Counted from the whole stretch's first letter, positions 11,521 through 25,784 are shown. The stretch is DNA of 63,787 nt, filler included, from Choristocarpus tenellus KU-1152 (GCA_964200185.2; 12 parts of 12 records of this genome joined end to end with filler, not necessarily neighbours in it); one strand, 5' to 3'. The notes: generated by a model from the sequence alone, not told the origin. Program-made: numbers and translations.

Positions 11521-13567
11521 CTAAAAAGCACTGTACCACCTGTTGAGCACAAGTAGTATGATACTGACATTGTCAGACGACATACGCTCAATGATGGCAA
11601 ATTCCGACAGAGTTTCACAGCATCTGCGGAGTTGTGGAAAGACGCAAGAGCATGGGTAGAGTTGTTAATATGCAGGCACAAGCAGACTTTGTGTGTCTAA
11701 GACACAAATGTGCGGGATGAAAATATATCGGAGCACTTTAGGGAACATTCAAAAGAAAATTGGAGGCTACCAAAAGGCTTGTTGTTACTTCAGATGCAAC
11801 TTACTCAGAGTATAGTAGTCTCTGTACTGACTACAGAATCCTGCAGAGTGGTTGAAGCTAGAAAAGGGACATGTCTGCTCTTGTCAAAGTAAAAAATACA
11901 CACACCTAGTCCAGCGGCATCCTTTCAATTAGAGGAGGTGATGAGCTTGTGGAGAGGCAAGGTCACGCATTTTGGGTCCACACTACCCATCAATTTCTAC
12001 CAGGGTTCAAGAGTGGAATGGGGATCCCCTGCAGTAAAGGTAGGCATCCTTCTTGTGAAAAGGTCCAGCATGAAAGGGCATACTTAGGAAGTCCATTTAT
12101 CAAGTCTACACAACAACCAGAACAATGCCTTTTCTGCTCAATGAGTTGGAGCATAAAAGTAGGTTCTTGGAAATTACAACTGCGATAAAACCAAGAGGCC
12201 CTTTGCTTCATTATTTAATTAACTGGGTGTCCTGAGTAAGACGAGGGGATTTATTGAAATATTGGCAAGCACATGGCCGCCCAATGCACCACTAAAACTA
12301 AAAATCACTCACACAAACTCTGGAGGGTTGGGCAGGTGGGCAGATGTTAAAAAAAAAAAACGCAGGGTGTTGTACCCATTAGCTAAACTATTCCCCATGA
12401 ACACATGTACAACACAGCCAGCAGAAACGTTTGGGGGTGGGGGTGGGGGTGGGTGCGTGCCAGGGAGTAGAGATGAGTCTACCTCTGTGCATTTCCATGC
12501 AGAATCATTTCCTCATTGACAATTCGGACAACCTCATCATTATTCATGACATCGAACAGGCCATCACAACCAAGCAGCACAAAATTGTCGGCAGCTGTCA
12601 CCTTCGGAGATGGATTGTGAACGCACGCAATTTGGAGATGGGCGAAGGGACTTAATGCTCAGAACTTTAAGAGGAGTATCCCGAACAACAGCGCAGACAA
12701 CAGAGAGATTAAGAGAGGGATATCGAAAAATGAAATCAAGTGAGCATTGAGCGTTTTGTCTTAGTGGAGGGAAGGTGGGGTGCTGGTGCTGAATGGGAGG
12801 GGAAGAACTGTACAATGGGTTAAATTTTGTGTATGCTTGGGTGTATCTCTGATTGGGGGACCCTCATTATCAATCGTGTTGAGTTGCTAGAGCATGTTAG
12901 AGGAGGGGAAAAGATAAGCATCTCAGGAAAATTGGACAAATAGTAATAATACCTCCAGTTTAAAATCCTTAAAATTCTATGTTGCAATCCTATTTGTAGC
13001 ATATATTCCCGGGGCACTTGTCCATACACGCCAACTAACTCAAAATACTACTGCAGTAGCAGATGGTACTTCAAAGTAGAAACCTTTTGTGCTGCACGGG
13101 TACATGGGCAAGTCCGCATTGTCAAGATTATGCTTTAAATCCATGTAAGAAAATACTTATTAAGGAAACCACCAGCTATTGGGTAGTTAGAGAGCTGTTG
13201 GATGACTGTTGGACAACTGGATAGTTGATAGTAATCTTTCTGTTGAGTGACCAAGAGAACAGTATCCAGGTTAGTGCAGGTTCAAAAGAAGAATCCAGGA
13301 ATAGGAATCATCGTAGCAAGTAAAATCTACGGCTAGTGATCAGTGGTCCATAGAATAGGAATGGTTTGGTGGCAAGGATCCCCCCTTTGGGATTGCATGT
13401 TTGCTCCTCCTTTCTCCTTCCTCACTTCACCTAACCCTAACCCTAACCCAAACCTGTTTTACGCAATGAGGAACCAATCGAGTCATTTGCATACAAAAGT
13501 CTCGGGAACGTCAGCTTCTTTAACCTGGCAATCACATGCTGTCATGTCCACATTTGCACATAGCCTG

Positions 13568-13626
<59 letters not shown>

Positions 13627-14425
13627 TAGGCTCAACGGGAAAATGGCCATGGGGCCAACGGATACACAATGATCAGCGCTTGTAGGCACCTCCCTTAAAT
13701 ACACACAAAATCAAGAACAGCCCAGTTGCGGGCCCTGGATTAGCAGGAGGTTGTGTGTTGTGCTAGTTCACAGCAAAAGACTCAGGACTATGGAAGGAGG
13801 AGCATCTCGGGGAATCTATGAGGGAGCACATGGGAAAAATTTGAGCCGTAGAATAATAAAAATAATATTGGAAAATCGACGGATCATGCACAGCTAGTTG
13901 GGGCTGTAGGTGTAGAACCTGTTCTAGGTCACAGCTAAGGGCCTGGCAGTAAGCAAAAGCATAAGGTACAACTGTTTTAGTTAAAACATGCAGCAAAACG
14001 CAGAATCCTGTCCATCCTCTCCTCATGACACACACACAGGGGATAAAAACAGGGTTGTTTCTGGTTTCATTAGCTGTCGACTACGACTTGTCCAAACAAA
14101 ATGTTGATGACATTCTCTGTATACAAGATGCCGTCGGTGAAAACTTATCATATTATATATATATTATAATATATATTTTATGCCAAAACAAACCCACCCC
14201 TCTCTCACTTCTTATCAGGCGGAAATCAGAAATCCACCTCGTTTGTAGTACAAAGGCTTTATTCAGTGACCATGTTAGTTGAAAAAGGGTCACATTTCAT
14301 ATCCAGACACACAAAAAGAAGTACATACCTCTGACACCAAGAATTCTGGGTCTGCAATGACCAGTTGCATTGCATCCACATCTACAGATCCCTCCAGCTT
14401 TCCATTGGGATGAGGGCCCCACGGA
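11521..14425 (-). CDS. PP2C/PPM protein phosphatase, last three exons (14329-14425, 12483-12601, 11521-11623)
   Basis: Spliced product ...QLVIADPEF...DNFVLLGCDGLFDVMNNDEVV...SSDNVSIILLVLNRWYSAF*; GT-AG sites with compatible phases. Confidence 0.92.
13571..13625 (+). repeat. (GT)n microsatellite in a PP2C intron
   Basis: Perfect GT run. Confidence 0.97.
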
Positions 14426-14471
14426 CTGAAGTGGTATGCAGTAAGGCACCAAGATTGTAAAAGTGTGTGTG

Positions 14472-14509
<38 letters not shown>

Positions 14510-14912
14510 ATTTCACTCATTTTTGGTTTGTACTCCAAACAACTACAGCTAGGAATAATTCCACTTTTGTTGGGCCACAACAAANNNNNNNNNNNNNNNN
14601 NNNNNNNNNNNNNNNNNNNNNNNNNNNNTTAATTAATTAANNNNNNNNNNNNNNNNNNNNNNNNNNNNNNNNNNNNNNNNNNNNAGATCATGTAAAAGTA
14701 GTGTCAATTGGAGGGGAACCCCCCCCCCCCTCCCCCATGTGTGTATTAATATGATGCAAGCTACTTACACTTTTGTGAATGATTCAATTTGTGCTGTCCT
14801 GTTGGTCATGTATTTTGTGTTTTTCAATTATCCTCTCATTCCGTCATGATTTGCACTGCCACTCTCAGGTCCTTCGTCTGCGGACTGTGGTGCTTTTCCT
14901 GTGCTATTTTAG

Positions 14913-17900
14913 GTTGGCCTGTTTGTGCTGGGCAGGCTGCCATGCAGCAAAGAGTTCTTCTGCGATCAGCAAGGAGAACCAAAGTTATTTGAACCCTAAC
15001 CTTTTCATTGGTGTGCTGATTTTGGGGCATATGCTGGATCTGCTGGCAAGGTACGCAGTAGTTCGTAGAGAGTAGGAGAGGCATTCCTATGGATGTTTTA
15101 TTTTGTGCTTTTGGTCAAGATATATTGCCGTGCTGCCAAGAGGGTGTTGAAATATGAACAATATTCCTACGTGAAAAGGAGCATGAGATAAGCAAATATG
15201 GTGTTAGGTGTAACAGTCCATTCTGTCTACCTTGAAAAAGTTGATATTCATCTCCATGCCAACATGACGTGATAGCCATTTCTGTGCTTCAAGTGGAATG
15301 TGTAGAAACATGAAACAATGTTGCTGAAGAAGGGATGGAAGGGCACTTCATTTTCCTTTGATCTGCTGCATGTAGTACTACCTCAAAACACAATGGTGTG
15401 TATCCATCCTACCTCCGAACACACACACGATAACCTATGTAGGAATAGAATCATTTTCATCTCTCGTTTGAATTTAATCGTTCTGAAAAATCAGAGGCAC
15501 AATGTCCGACTACTTGCTTGTAGCACTTCATTGTCATAGACTCTTGGATCTCTGATCTCCCTTGACTACATCTTTGTGGAAGCATCACGCGTATCGATTA
15601 TTTTTATTTCATTATCATTATTCGATACACCTTGGCGTTAGTTTTTGTGTTGAAAAAGATGAAGCCATCTGTTACGAATTGGTATTTTGATTTACTATTT
15701 ACATATGCTGTAGTGAACAGGACAATTTTGATCAAGTAAAATGTGATTTTCTTATTTTTATACAATTCGTCAACCCCACAAATATAATAAAGCGCTCCTG
15801 ATTTATAGGTGCAGCAATATACCCCTGTTGTGTATCTGGCAGAGTGTAGATACATACTTGGACGATGCAAGCAAAGTTCCTTCCCACTCCATCTCCCGAC
15901 CTAGTTCTGACCCTGCCATATCCTCTAAAAATGCGATGGCCATTGTTGTGGTCCCTTGAAAGGTGGGTATCTCGGCAACCTGGGCTCCCCATGGACAGCT
16001 TTGCTGTTGCTCTTTCCACGCTAGGTGAGACATAGGGTATACCTCATTTGGAATGCAATTTCACTACTAGTATACTATAGGGAAGGTGAAGAATTTCAGT
16101 ATGTTAAGGGAATAGGGAGATTGTACTAGAAGGATAGGAAGTGCATGTAATTAAAACACCTAATGCTTCAGAGTTTTGAATAGAGTAAAAGCCTTTGCAA
16201 TGCATTGTTCATATTTTGTCAATAAGTAATAAAATGCGTTCAGCCTGAAACCCTCTGAATCCCTCAAGTTCTCTGGTGCCGCTTGGTGATGCTGGCGGGT
16301 ACTACAGGTCTGAATCGGATACCCATTCATTATTTTGTTGTAGTATGCCAACCTGCCTTGGTACATGCTCACAGTACGGTATAATTCAGTAATGTACATA
16401 ACCAGAGTATTTTGGTACTAAAAATGTCTTTTTTTTCTTTGTATTAGGAAGTATCACATGATACAGTAGTGGTATATTGTAGTACGCAACATATGTTTTA
16501 GTGTTAGTGCCAGGTAGTATAGTGCAGTAGTTCAGTACTTGGGTATTTTAGTACCCAAAGGTAAATTTAGCCTTGGCACCTGGTAATTCAGTGTAGTAGT
16601 ACAGGACCAGAGTATTGCAGCAACTCAAGGTATTTGAACCTCGGTATGATACCATGCAGTATGGCACAGTACCAAAGCATGTCAATGAAAAGGTGTATAT
16701 TTGTGAGATAACATGGACAGTTTTGAGGAAGGAAACAGGGCCCTTACTTTTGGCAAGCTGCCGACTACTTTGAAATATTCCTGGTTTCCAACGAGAAACT
16801 GAGGGTTAATGGACAACAGTACTTTATTGCCGACAATATAAGGCATAACTTAAGTACTGCTTCTTGCGATCATAATGTACTGTCAATTGAGCCATAACTC
16901 AAACATGCCGAACTGTGTGTCAGTTGATGGGGCTCTTCTTGTGTGCGACGCGCTACTGGGGTTGCTGTTCAAGGCGTGTTGCATGATACAGTCTGCTCTT
17001 TGATCTCTGTCTTGCAAGCAACCATTTCAGAATTCCAGTTTTAGAGTTATACTTTATTTTTTGTAACCCTGGTCCCATCTTTACTTTTAAGCATATGTAT
17101 GCTGTTCACTTCGGATGAATATTCTTATTTGCAACACTTTTCATATCTTTCCCCTCCTCACCCCTGTGATTGTTCGATTACATTTCTTCTTTCCAGCAGT
17201 ACGAAAATATCTTACAACCGAACTCCAACTTTGCTTCTTGAACAATAGTGCGCAGTATTTTTTGTTTAATTTGTACTAGGTGCATCCCTCAGCACTCTCT
17301 TTTTGTTCTGCGATAGGTGATCGCCTTGCCTCCCTAGTGCTGGTGGGCGCCATAATCCTTCTGGACACAGACCCCCGCCACCGTGTCCTCTTCGCCTCCA
17401 TCCTCTCATTGGAACTGGGATCGTACTGGCTGCAGATGGTGGTTGCTGCAGGAAGAGCTTCTCCCCCCCCCATCCGCATCAGGGGGGAAAGCTTTGTGGA
17501 CAATGGTAATGGAGACACTGGTATTGGGGCAGGCTTGGGCTGGGCTGGCGATGTTGGAGAAGGGAGGAATAGCATTGGAGGGAGCTCGGTTGGAGGGAGG
17601 AGAGGATGTGGAGGGTGGGGGGGGTGTCTGCTAAGAAAGAGTGATGCTGTGAGGATGGACTTTGTTGGGCACCTCATGTTGAGGCAGCCAGGACTACTCA
17701 CGCTGGTGGGTGTGGGGTATACAAGTTGTGTGTGCTTAGTACACTGTAAAAAGGAGGGGTAGATTGGTTTCCTGAAGAGAGGGTATGGTGATGTATGTGT
17801 GTGGGAATTAATGTGCTATTGTGTGATTGTTTTCTTTCATGTCTCAAGGATCTGGAAGTTCCGTGGCATATGCAAGTTGTTGCTGTAGTACTGTGATGCC

Positions 17901-19400
17901 CAGAGCCCCCCCCCTCCCCCTCTGGGTCCATTCATGGTCACGTGTATTAACAGTTGGATTTTATGCATGTGTGGACTGGGCATGGTGATTGTGCTTGTTC
18001 AGAATGGGTACAGCTCATCCTTACAATGCACACAGACCTCATCACTGCATCTCTGCAACTCCCGTCTCCTCTCTATACACACCTAATACCATCTAGGTGA
18101 GTTTTGGCAGTGAAGCCTTCCTGTTCCTGTCGTACTCCTTCCTCCCAGCAGTCTCAGCTTTGCTAAGATACTCCCCCGCCTGCTACATTGGAACTCCTGC
18201 CACCTTCTATGATTACGGAGCTTTCTCGTCTACTGCACTTGGGGGAAGGGGACTTTCGGGGGAGATGGAGGAGGCAGTGACAGGTGCTCCAGGGGTAGAT
18301 GCAATGTTCTTCTCACCTATATTGACGTGGTGGTTGAGGCCTGCATGGATGGCACTGATGGTTTGCTGTGGTGTTCGGCAGCTTATCAATGTGGTACAGG
18401 TATGTACGTACATGTGGACCAGCCTCTGATATATCTTTCTGTAGTATCAAACAGTGAAAGGGGGCAATTAGTCAATGTACACGTCAGTTGACGTTTGGTT
18501 GATCCCAAGATTTATCCAGGGAGGTGTTATGATGCTGTAGAAGGGATGAAGGTTAAGGGATGAATGCGTTCCATTGACTTAAGGTAGTATACAGACTCTT
18601 TGATGGATGAGAATATTGCCTTTCTACATCGTCCAGTTATTGGAAAGACTTAGCCCACTATTAGTATGCAAGAATATGTTGAGGAAGTTTGCTCAATTTC
18701 TTCTACTATTAATGGTAAATATGATGACATAATAGCTTTACATTAATCTCTGATTTCTTAGTTGATAGAAATTAGGACCTGGAACACTCTGTAAACTGCT
18801 GTAAAAGGGGCTCAATTTTCAATGCTGGTCCACCCCTTCAGTATTATAGTGTTATGTTTATTGCATGATATATTCCCAGTAGCAGCAACGCCACCTAGAT
18901 TTTATGCAAGCATCCATGCCCACACTGTCCACCTCTTGGTGATTAGCTGTACACTTGATCTATCATTGTAATCCAGGATTGAGAATGCGGTTGAACTCTA
19001 GGGTGTGAGGGGCATTTGAGATCATATAATTGCTTGCACCAATGGAATGTACTCACCCAGTAAGACCTTTTTTTGTAGATAACTATGATTTTTGAGTTTA
19101 CTGAACTGTTCGTTTCATCGTTTCTGAAAAATTCGAATGTGTTTTTGTCCATTACTTAAATCATTGCCTTAACTATTCCAAGTCTCTCTCCCCATTGTGC
19201 TATATATATTATGTTTTTACATCTTTGAAAATAATAAGGTGTTGGTCTCAGTGTCCAAGCTCTCTTCTGGAGTCATAGCGGACTCTGCTGGGCGGGACCT
19301 GTTCCAGGGTAAGGGCTACAGAGCCAACAGTAGCAAGGGTAAGGGGAGTCGACCATCACTAGGGGGTCGACTTCAGGACCAACGACCAACCATGTACTAA
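14913..19400 (+). CDS. CDP-alcohol phosphatidyltransferase / phosphatidylinositol-synthase-like gene (exons ~14913-15050, 17280-17705, 18097-18400, 19239-19400), 5' truncated
   Basis: PNLFIGVLILGHMLDLLAR; IGDRLASL..FASILSLELGSYWLQM; VSFGSEAFLFLSY; VRQLINVVQ align in order with PIS1 motifs (LDAxDG, TDR, LDxxSHW, GNExF, KxxINxxQ); the exon1-exon2 junction phase is unresolved. Confidence 0.7.
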
Positions 19401-22035
19401 GTTGACTGCGAGTATTACACCAAAATTGAGGGGTATAGGGAGGTTGTAAGGTCGATGTCTTTGGTGCACATGACATAGAGGATGTTTCATTGGTGCAGAT
19501 ATTGCTTCTTATGTCAAGATCCCCATTCCATGATATTCTTGGCAGGATATTTGAGCTCTGTGGTCAAGGGACGCTGACAGCTGTATTGTGAAAAGTCGCC
19601 TTAGAGTTACTTGAGGGGAATAACATGCGTACTGAGGAATGTGTGCCGAGCTCTGAGCAAGAGGGGTTTTCATAGGAGACTGTTGTTGGTGTTGTCGATT
19701 CTTTGTGTGGATATGTTGTTTGAACTTATTTTCTGAACCATTGTCAAAAAGATCACCAAGAAGTATTGTAGTAAAGAAAACATTCATTTGTCGCACTTGA
19801 TGATAGATGCATCATCGGGTCTTGCTAAAAATGAAGAGATCCTCAGTGACTGGTAGTGACCAAGAGATGTTTCTGTAGATGCAGTGTTGGTAGTGGGTTA
19901 TACTTTTGGTTGTGTATCGAATGTCATGTGTGCTGCTATATTATTATTCTCTGAATGTTTATTATGTAAGAGAACAAACAGTTAATTTTGTTGTGTATCC
20001 ATTATGCCTTTGGTATTGGGTGGAGTGCATTAGCTGCCTATGGGCTATCTCTGATGGTGTGAGATTGAACTCGGCTGTGATTTCTGTTAATGAGCAAAGG
20101 GGAACTTTGCGCAGAATTGAAGTCTTGATAGTGCTGGTAGGCGGGGGGAAATGAGTAGTTGCTCCATTGTGTCACAGACAACTGGGGTGGGTGGTGGGTG
20201 AGGGAGAGTTTTCCTGTGATAGTGTGTACATTATATCGTATTGGTGTGTAGCACCTTTTCAAATACTACTTGAGAGGTCATGTGTCAAAAGAAGGTTTCA
20301 TGGTAGGCCTCTTGCAGTCTCCATTTTCCCTGGTATAGTTTGCAGGAAGGGGTACTCGTACTTTCCTCTATGTATATACTCCGAAGTATGTAAGAAGCCG
20401 TTTTATTGCGGGGGGGGCTTTTACGTATTGTAGAGGGCACACAACCTGCATCCCCCGTTGACAGCCAATAAAATTAGGTTCTTTTTACTTGACATCAACC
20501 TGCTGTTGCCATGGAGTATGATTATTACATAAACATTCCACAAATACACTACAATAGTTAGCTGAAAATGGCACTACAGTCAAACGTTATTGTCCTTTAT
20601 GTTTGACATGCGTGTTCAATCATGTGTCACATGTGTGTGTGTATGTGCAAGCAGTTACTAGTTGTATGTCACTCCTTGTGCCCACAAACACCTGGGCCTG
20701 GAACTCCACCTATGTTTATCATATTTGTAACAGCACCACATACTTGGAATTTGGTTCGTTGTATGCTAGAATAGACAATCATATTAAATGGGCATGTATT
20801 GACGTGGAATGAAATGGAGGGGTTGTCACCGAGAGGTAACCCCAGGAGAGGTAGTTCGAGCAACAGGAGTGTTGGGGCAAGGAAGTAGACAATGTTATAA
20901 TCTCCTCACATCCATGCAGCGTTTGGTGGTGGTGATCAGATCTACTCACCTCCTTTCCATACTTACAGCAATTCTATGCAGTGTCCATTGTTGAGCTCGT
21001 ACAGGGACACTCTATGAAGAGACAGATACATGAGCTAGGTTGGCACGCGCAGAGGTAGTGCAGGTGGTGTGAACTGGGAAGGACAGACATACGATGTAGG
21101 GCTCACCTTTGACCGAGGACTGATCCCACAACAAAAAAGAACCCTGATTGAATCATCGTTGCACTGCACCTTTCCTATACTAAGAGCCACATTCCCATCA
21201 GGGTAAAATATCTGGGGGGGGGTGTCGGCGTGTTTTCACCCTTTTCTCGATTTTCACTTTTTTTGGTGTGATTTGGTCACACGTGTCGGATTTGAAGTGT
21301 CAGCAAGAAAAAGAATTGTTTGACCGAAACGGATGCCCCCTCACAAACCAACTCCCCCCCCCCCCACACCTTGACCCCTCCGTCCCAACCCAAAACAGCC
21401 CCCCAACCCCATAACACAAACCAGCCACACCANNNNNNNNNNNNNNNNNNNNNNNNNNNNNNNNNNNNNNNNNNNNTTAATTAATTAANNNNNNNNNNNN
21501 NNNNNNNNNNNNNNNNNNNNNNNNNNNNNNNNCCCCCCTCCCCCCCCCCAGTTGTGTGCCAATACAAAGCAGGTTTGTTTGTTTGTTTTGTTTGTGTTCA
21601 TCCTTTTCTTTTTTTTAACTCTCTCACGAAAAAATAATAGAAAAAATGCCAATGTATATTTTTTTGCACCTGTGATCTCTTTCATTTATTTATTTTTTAG
21701 TTAGAAAAAGGACAAACAAAAAACGGAGGGGGGGATTGGAATGTTATTTTCACCTCAGGCCAGAAACACCTATTCCCACTGTGAATGATATACACCATAA
21801 AGACCTATCCTGTTTCTTAGTTTGTCCATAGCCCCCTGTCACCTACCCCTATCACTCCCAATAACCTAAGCCCCACCCCCCCTTCCATCACGTCCTCTGA
21901 AGCTTCACCAGCCCCCCATACGCCATTTAACCTAACCCTAACCCTAACCCTAATGTATCAATGTACCTATTTGTGTTACGGGAGATGTCAGTGGTTTTAG
22001 TTTCTTTGTCGCATTGACTTTGTCTGACACCATTT

Positions 22036-22207
22036 AAGAGGCAACTACTATATATACCTTTCTTTGACAAGGTAGTGAATCTATACAATAAGAGGCAACT
22101 ACTACACCTTTCTTTGACAAGGTAATGAAGCTATACAATAAGAGGCAACTACCATACCTTTAATTGAGATGAGGTAATGAAGCTATACAATAAGAGGCAA
22201 CTACTAT
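22036..22207 (+). repeat. ~50-bp minisatellite, about 3.5 copies
   Basis: AAGAGGCAACTAC...AAGGTAATGAAGCTATACAAT repeated. Confidence 0.85.
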
Positions 22208-24130
22208 GTACAATGCATAGAGATCATCCACACCACATAGAAAAAAACATTACTCCTCAGCTAGATCCATACTCTAATAACCAAAATTTAACATTTCTCT
22301 ACTTCAACGCACAGCTGAACCTCACCTTTCCATCTTTCATTTTTTTGTCATTTGACCAACGCCTCTCTCTCTCTCTCTACCAAAACCAGTACTTCAAGTG
22401 GCTCTCCGGGTTAGTAAAGTAAGATAAGACAACATCTGGGATTTGTTTGAGCTGCGCTAACTAACTGATGCTAACTGTCATCTCATGTAGCCTTTGTGCA
22501 GAGCGTACATTAGGAGGCATTCCAAAAATATCAATGAACAAAACAAACAAACAAACAAAAATGGAAGAAATTTACTGGGGATTTCGGCAGGGATCAGTAC
22601 GATGACATTATAAGGTACACCCCTAAGATAAATGTACACCAATGACAGTATGTACTCAACGCTACAGTCAGTCATGCCTCTCCAACTGACGTTAGATACT
22701 TGGTATCTGGTGCCCCCTACGCACACCTAACGTAATAAGTGGAATAATATTTGACCAATGGTAGAGAGTCACAACAAAAAAACAAAGAACATTTTATAGT
22801 CCAGTGTCTCTTCTGACCAAGCTGTAGGGGCTCTGATGTAGACAACTCAACAAGGAGGGTCTCGTCGAAGACCCACAGACCAAAAAAGCATTAAGATTCT
22901 TTATTCAAGTACACAATATCTGGCTCTTGATGCATTACTAACAACCACTTCCCAAAAGACAACCACTTCTTTCTGCCTTGGGTACACCACAACCAATCCA
23001 CAAATAGACCATTATTGTTGCTACTAATTATCACCACAAGCATCACACAAACATCCTACAATGTAATTTCCATTGATCTTGGAATAATATAGCCCCCCCC
23101 CCCCCCCCCCCCCCAACCCACCCATCTCTCCACAACTGCACTCCGCTATTTTTCTTTATCTTGCAATAAAATTCCCCCCCCCCCCCCCCCCAACTATGCC
23201 TTCCTTTTCATCCCAATAGTCCACACCACATAAAAGTGGAATAATATGCCTGTCGACCTTCAAGTGCTGTTACTACTCACTTCCCAACATCACTCAAACC
23301 CCCAACCCCTAGTGTGACACCCATGCTTCCATCTTCCTATCTTGACATATCACCAAAACCCGCCTGTACAACGATATGAAACCCCTCTTTCCTTCCTCTC
23401 TCTTATCTCTTTCCTTCCTCTCTCCTCTCTCTTTCCTTCCTCTCACAACCCCAACTTTGGCGTGTGTCTAACCCTAATCCATTTCAACGGGGGCAACATG
23501 CAACATAGTAGTAGTAGTCCTTAATGTACAAAAATAAAAAAATGTTCTCCAAGCCCCCACCCCCTGCACAGTCAGGCAGTGTGGTGTGACCAAACAAATC
23601 GCCCACTGCTGAGGACATGCAACTCATTCGATTGCCAACTTTCATCTCACACCAACCCTAACCCTCAACCCATCTCCATCTTGGGCTGCTGGAACAGTCC
23701 AAAACATCCTAACCTACTACAGTACAATATTAACCTTGTCTCTCTGCTCCCTTGCTCACCTTTACACCAACCCTAACCCTAACCCTAACCCTACCCCATC
23801 GGAGAGAGCAATCGTAGGCTACCTTCTCCTCCCTCACCTCTTATCACAAGACACACACAGACAGGCAGACACACTCACACACCCACCCACCCACCCACAC
23901 ACACACACACACATACACACACTCAGTCCTTTCGAAGTAGGGAAAAAGGAACTGATCCCATCCGGTTACCAGGTAAGTCACAGCCTTGCTACAGCCCAGC
24001 TTCTTCAATAGGCTATGCTATGACTGATGACACTTCATGGTTTACACTAACATCTCGCCAGTGCCCTCCCCCCCCCCAGTCACTCCAACCACCATGTCTA
24101 GTCACAAACTGAGTAAGCAACCTCAAAATG

Positions 24131-25237
24131 TTACAGGTCATCTGTGACAAGGTCATCAAAGTAGGGATGCTTGAGGGCACGCTTGGCTGAAACCCTATCC
24201 TTGGGATCATACGCAAGTAGTTTCTGGGAGAGTTGGAAGGCGGGATGGGGGGATGGGGTCCATCAAAGAGGGACAGAAGGATGGGATGAAACATTTTCAT
24301 GACATACTCACATCCAGCAATTACACAATAACAATGTTGGGTAAAGTAAAGGGCCGGACGCAAGCAATTGCACCTGTCTGTCCACAGACATTCCAGTCCA
24401 AGCAAAAACAGATGGTGCAGGCTAATGCACCATAAAGATGGTAGCCTAGGCACATTGAGTCTTGAACAGCAATAATCAAGCCTTTTCAAAGAAGAGTATA
24501 GCACTTACAAACCATACACAACACCACAATTTGATTGTCCTGTGTTGTGTGACCTTAGAGATGACAGGAGTAAATAAATAACTCGCTCCAGGCGGCGGTT
24601 ACACATGCCCTTCATTACCCCACACCCAATTTTTTTTTTTTAACGTATACCAAGAGCATTTTTAGTCTTGGCACCCTAACCCTAACCCTCGCTACAGGCA
24701 CATTAAATACAGTTCATTAAATCAGTCATAACACTCCAATACTGCGAACAAAACCTTATCCTAGCTCCACGGCAAACGCCTCACCATCCTTGTAAAACCT
24801 CGTCCTCTCGACCGCAATCCTTGGTACAACAACTCAGAGCTCTTGCAGACACATCAGAAAAATACCCCTACAGCTGTGCATTGCTTCAACGTATATTAAG
24901 GTTCAACTAGTACAGCACTCTCCATGGGGTAGTTCTTACCATTGCTCTCTTTCCTGGGGAAAGACACAGACACCAGAGTAGGAAAAAAAAAAAAGTACCC
25001 TACCCCTACCCCTACCCCTAACCCTAACCCAAATTAAAGCAACGGAGTAAAAAACTTTTCATTTTTCCAACAATAATTAAAAAAACACAGCTTACCTCGA
25101 GCATGTCGATGCCGTCTCTCCCCATCCCCTTGCACTCATTGGCAACGCCTACTCTTGGCCACTTGGGAAAACCCGCATTCCAATCCTCAAGAGCCGTTAC
25201 CGACGGCCACACCTCTTCATTGGGAGTTCCCAGCAAC
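24131..25237 (-). CDS. Cyclin-dependent kinase (CDK1/2-like), last two exons (25096-25237, 24131-24223)
   Basis: LLGTPNEEVWPSVTALEDWNAGFPKW...GIDMLE|KLLAYDPKDRVSAKRALKHPYFDDL*; canonical splice sites, in phase. Confidence 0.95.
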
Positions 25238-25540
25238 CTGGTAAGGCGAAGGGCATACGATTTCGAAAGTGCAGTAACAGAATGTGCCGTAGGGGGTTAG
25301 GGTTAGGGTTAGGGGATTTTGGTCTACAGTTAACAAAAAGAATGTGCTGCCTTCACCACTCAAGAACCAATAACCACAAGGCGCACACAAGGTTAGGGTT
25401 AGGTGCTTTGTAGGTTAGGGTTAGGGATTACGGAGATACTGTTTTTGCTCACAAAATCCTCTTCCCCTGCAGTTGTTTGTGGGTTGCATCACTGACAACC
25501 ATAACATACATCGAGCTAGTCTCGTCAACCCTAACCCTAG
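24996..25540. repeat. Cluster of short interstitial telomere-like (CCCTAA/TTAGGG)n tracts
   Basis: Tracts at 24996-25030, 25295-25313, 25391-25427, 25528-25540; also at 13431, 21931, 23770, 24674. Confidence 0.85.
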
Positions 25541-25678
25541 CTCAAAACACCGTTACACGTGCTATACCCTGCTAGGCGCTGTATCTACATAAATAGTGTA
25601 CATACTACAGGAACAACTCAGGCAGTGTATTACTCTACTACACAAGAATATTCTCACAACGAGCAAGTTGTTGCCAAT

Positions 25679-25784
25679 ATCTATCAAAACATCTATCAAC
25701 ATCTATCAACATCTATCAAAACTTCTATCAACATCAATCAACATCTATCAAAACATCTATCAACATCTATCAACATCTATCAAC
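25679..25784 (+). repeat. 10-bp minisatellite (ACATCTATCA)n
   Basis: About 10 degenerate copies. Confidence 0.9.

Noticed and set aside
14474-14508. Long poly-G/C tracts as G-quadruplex elements
   Set aside because: Mostly at low-quality contig ends, so lengths are unreliable.
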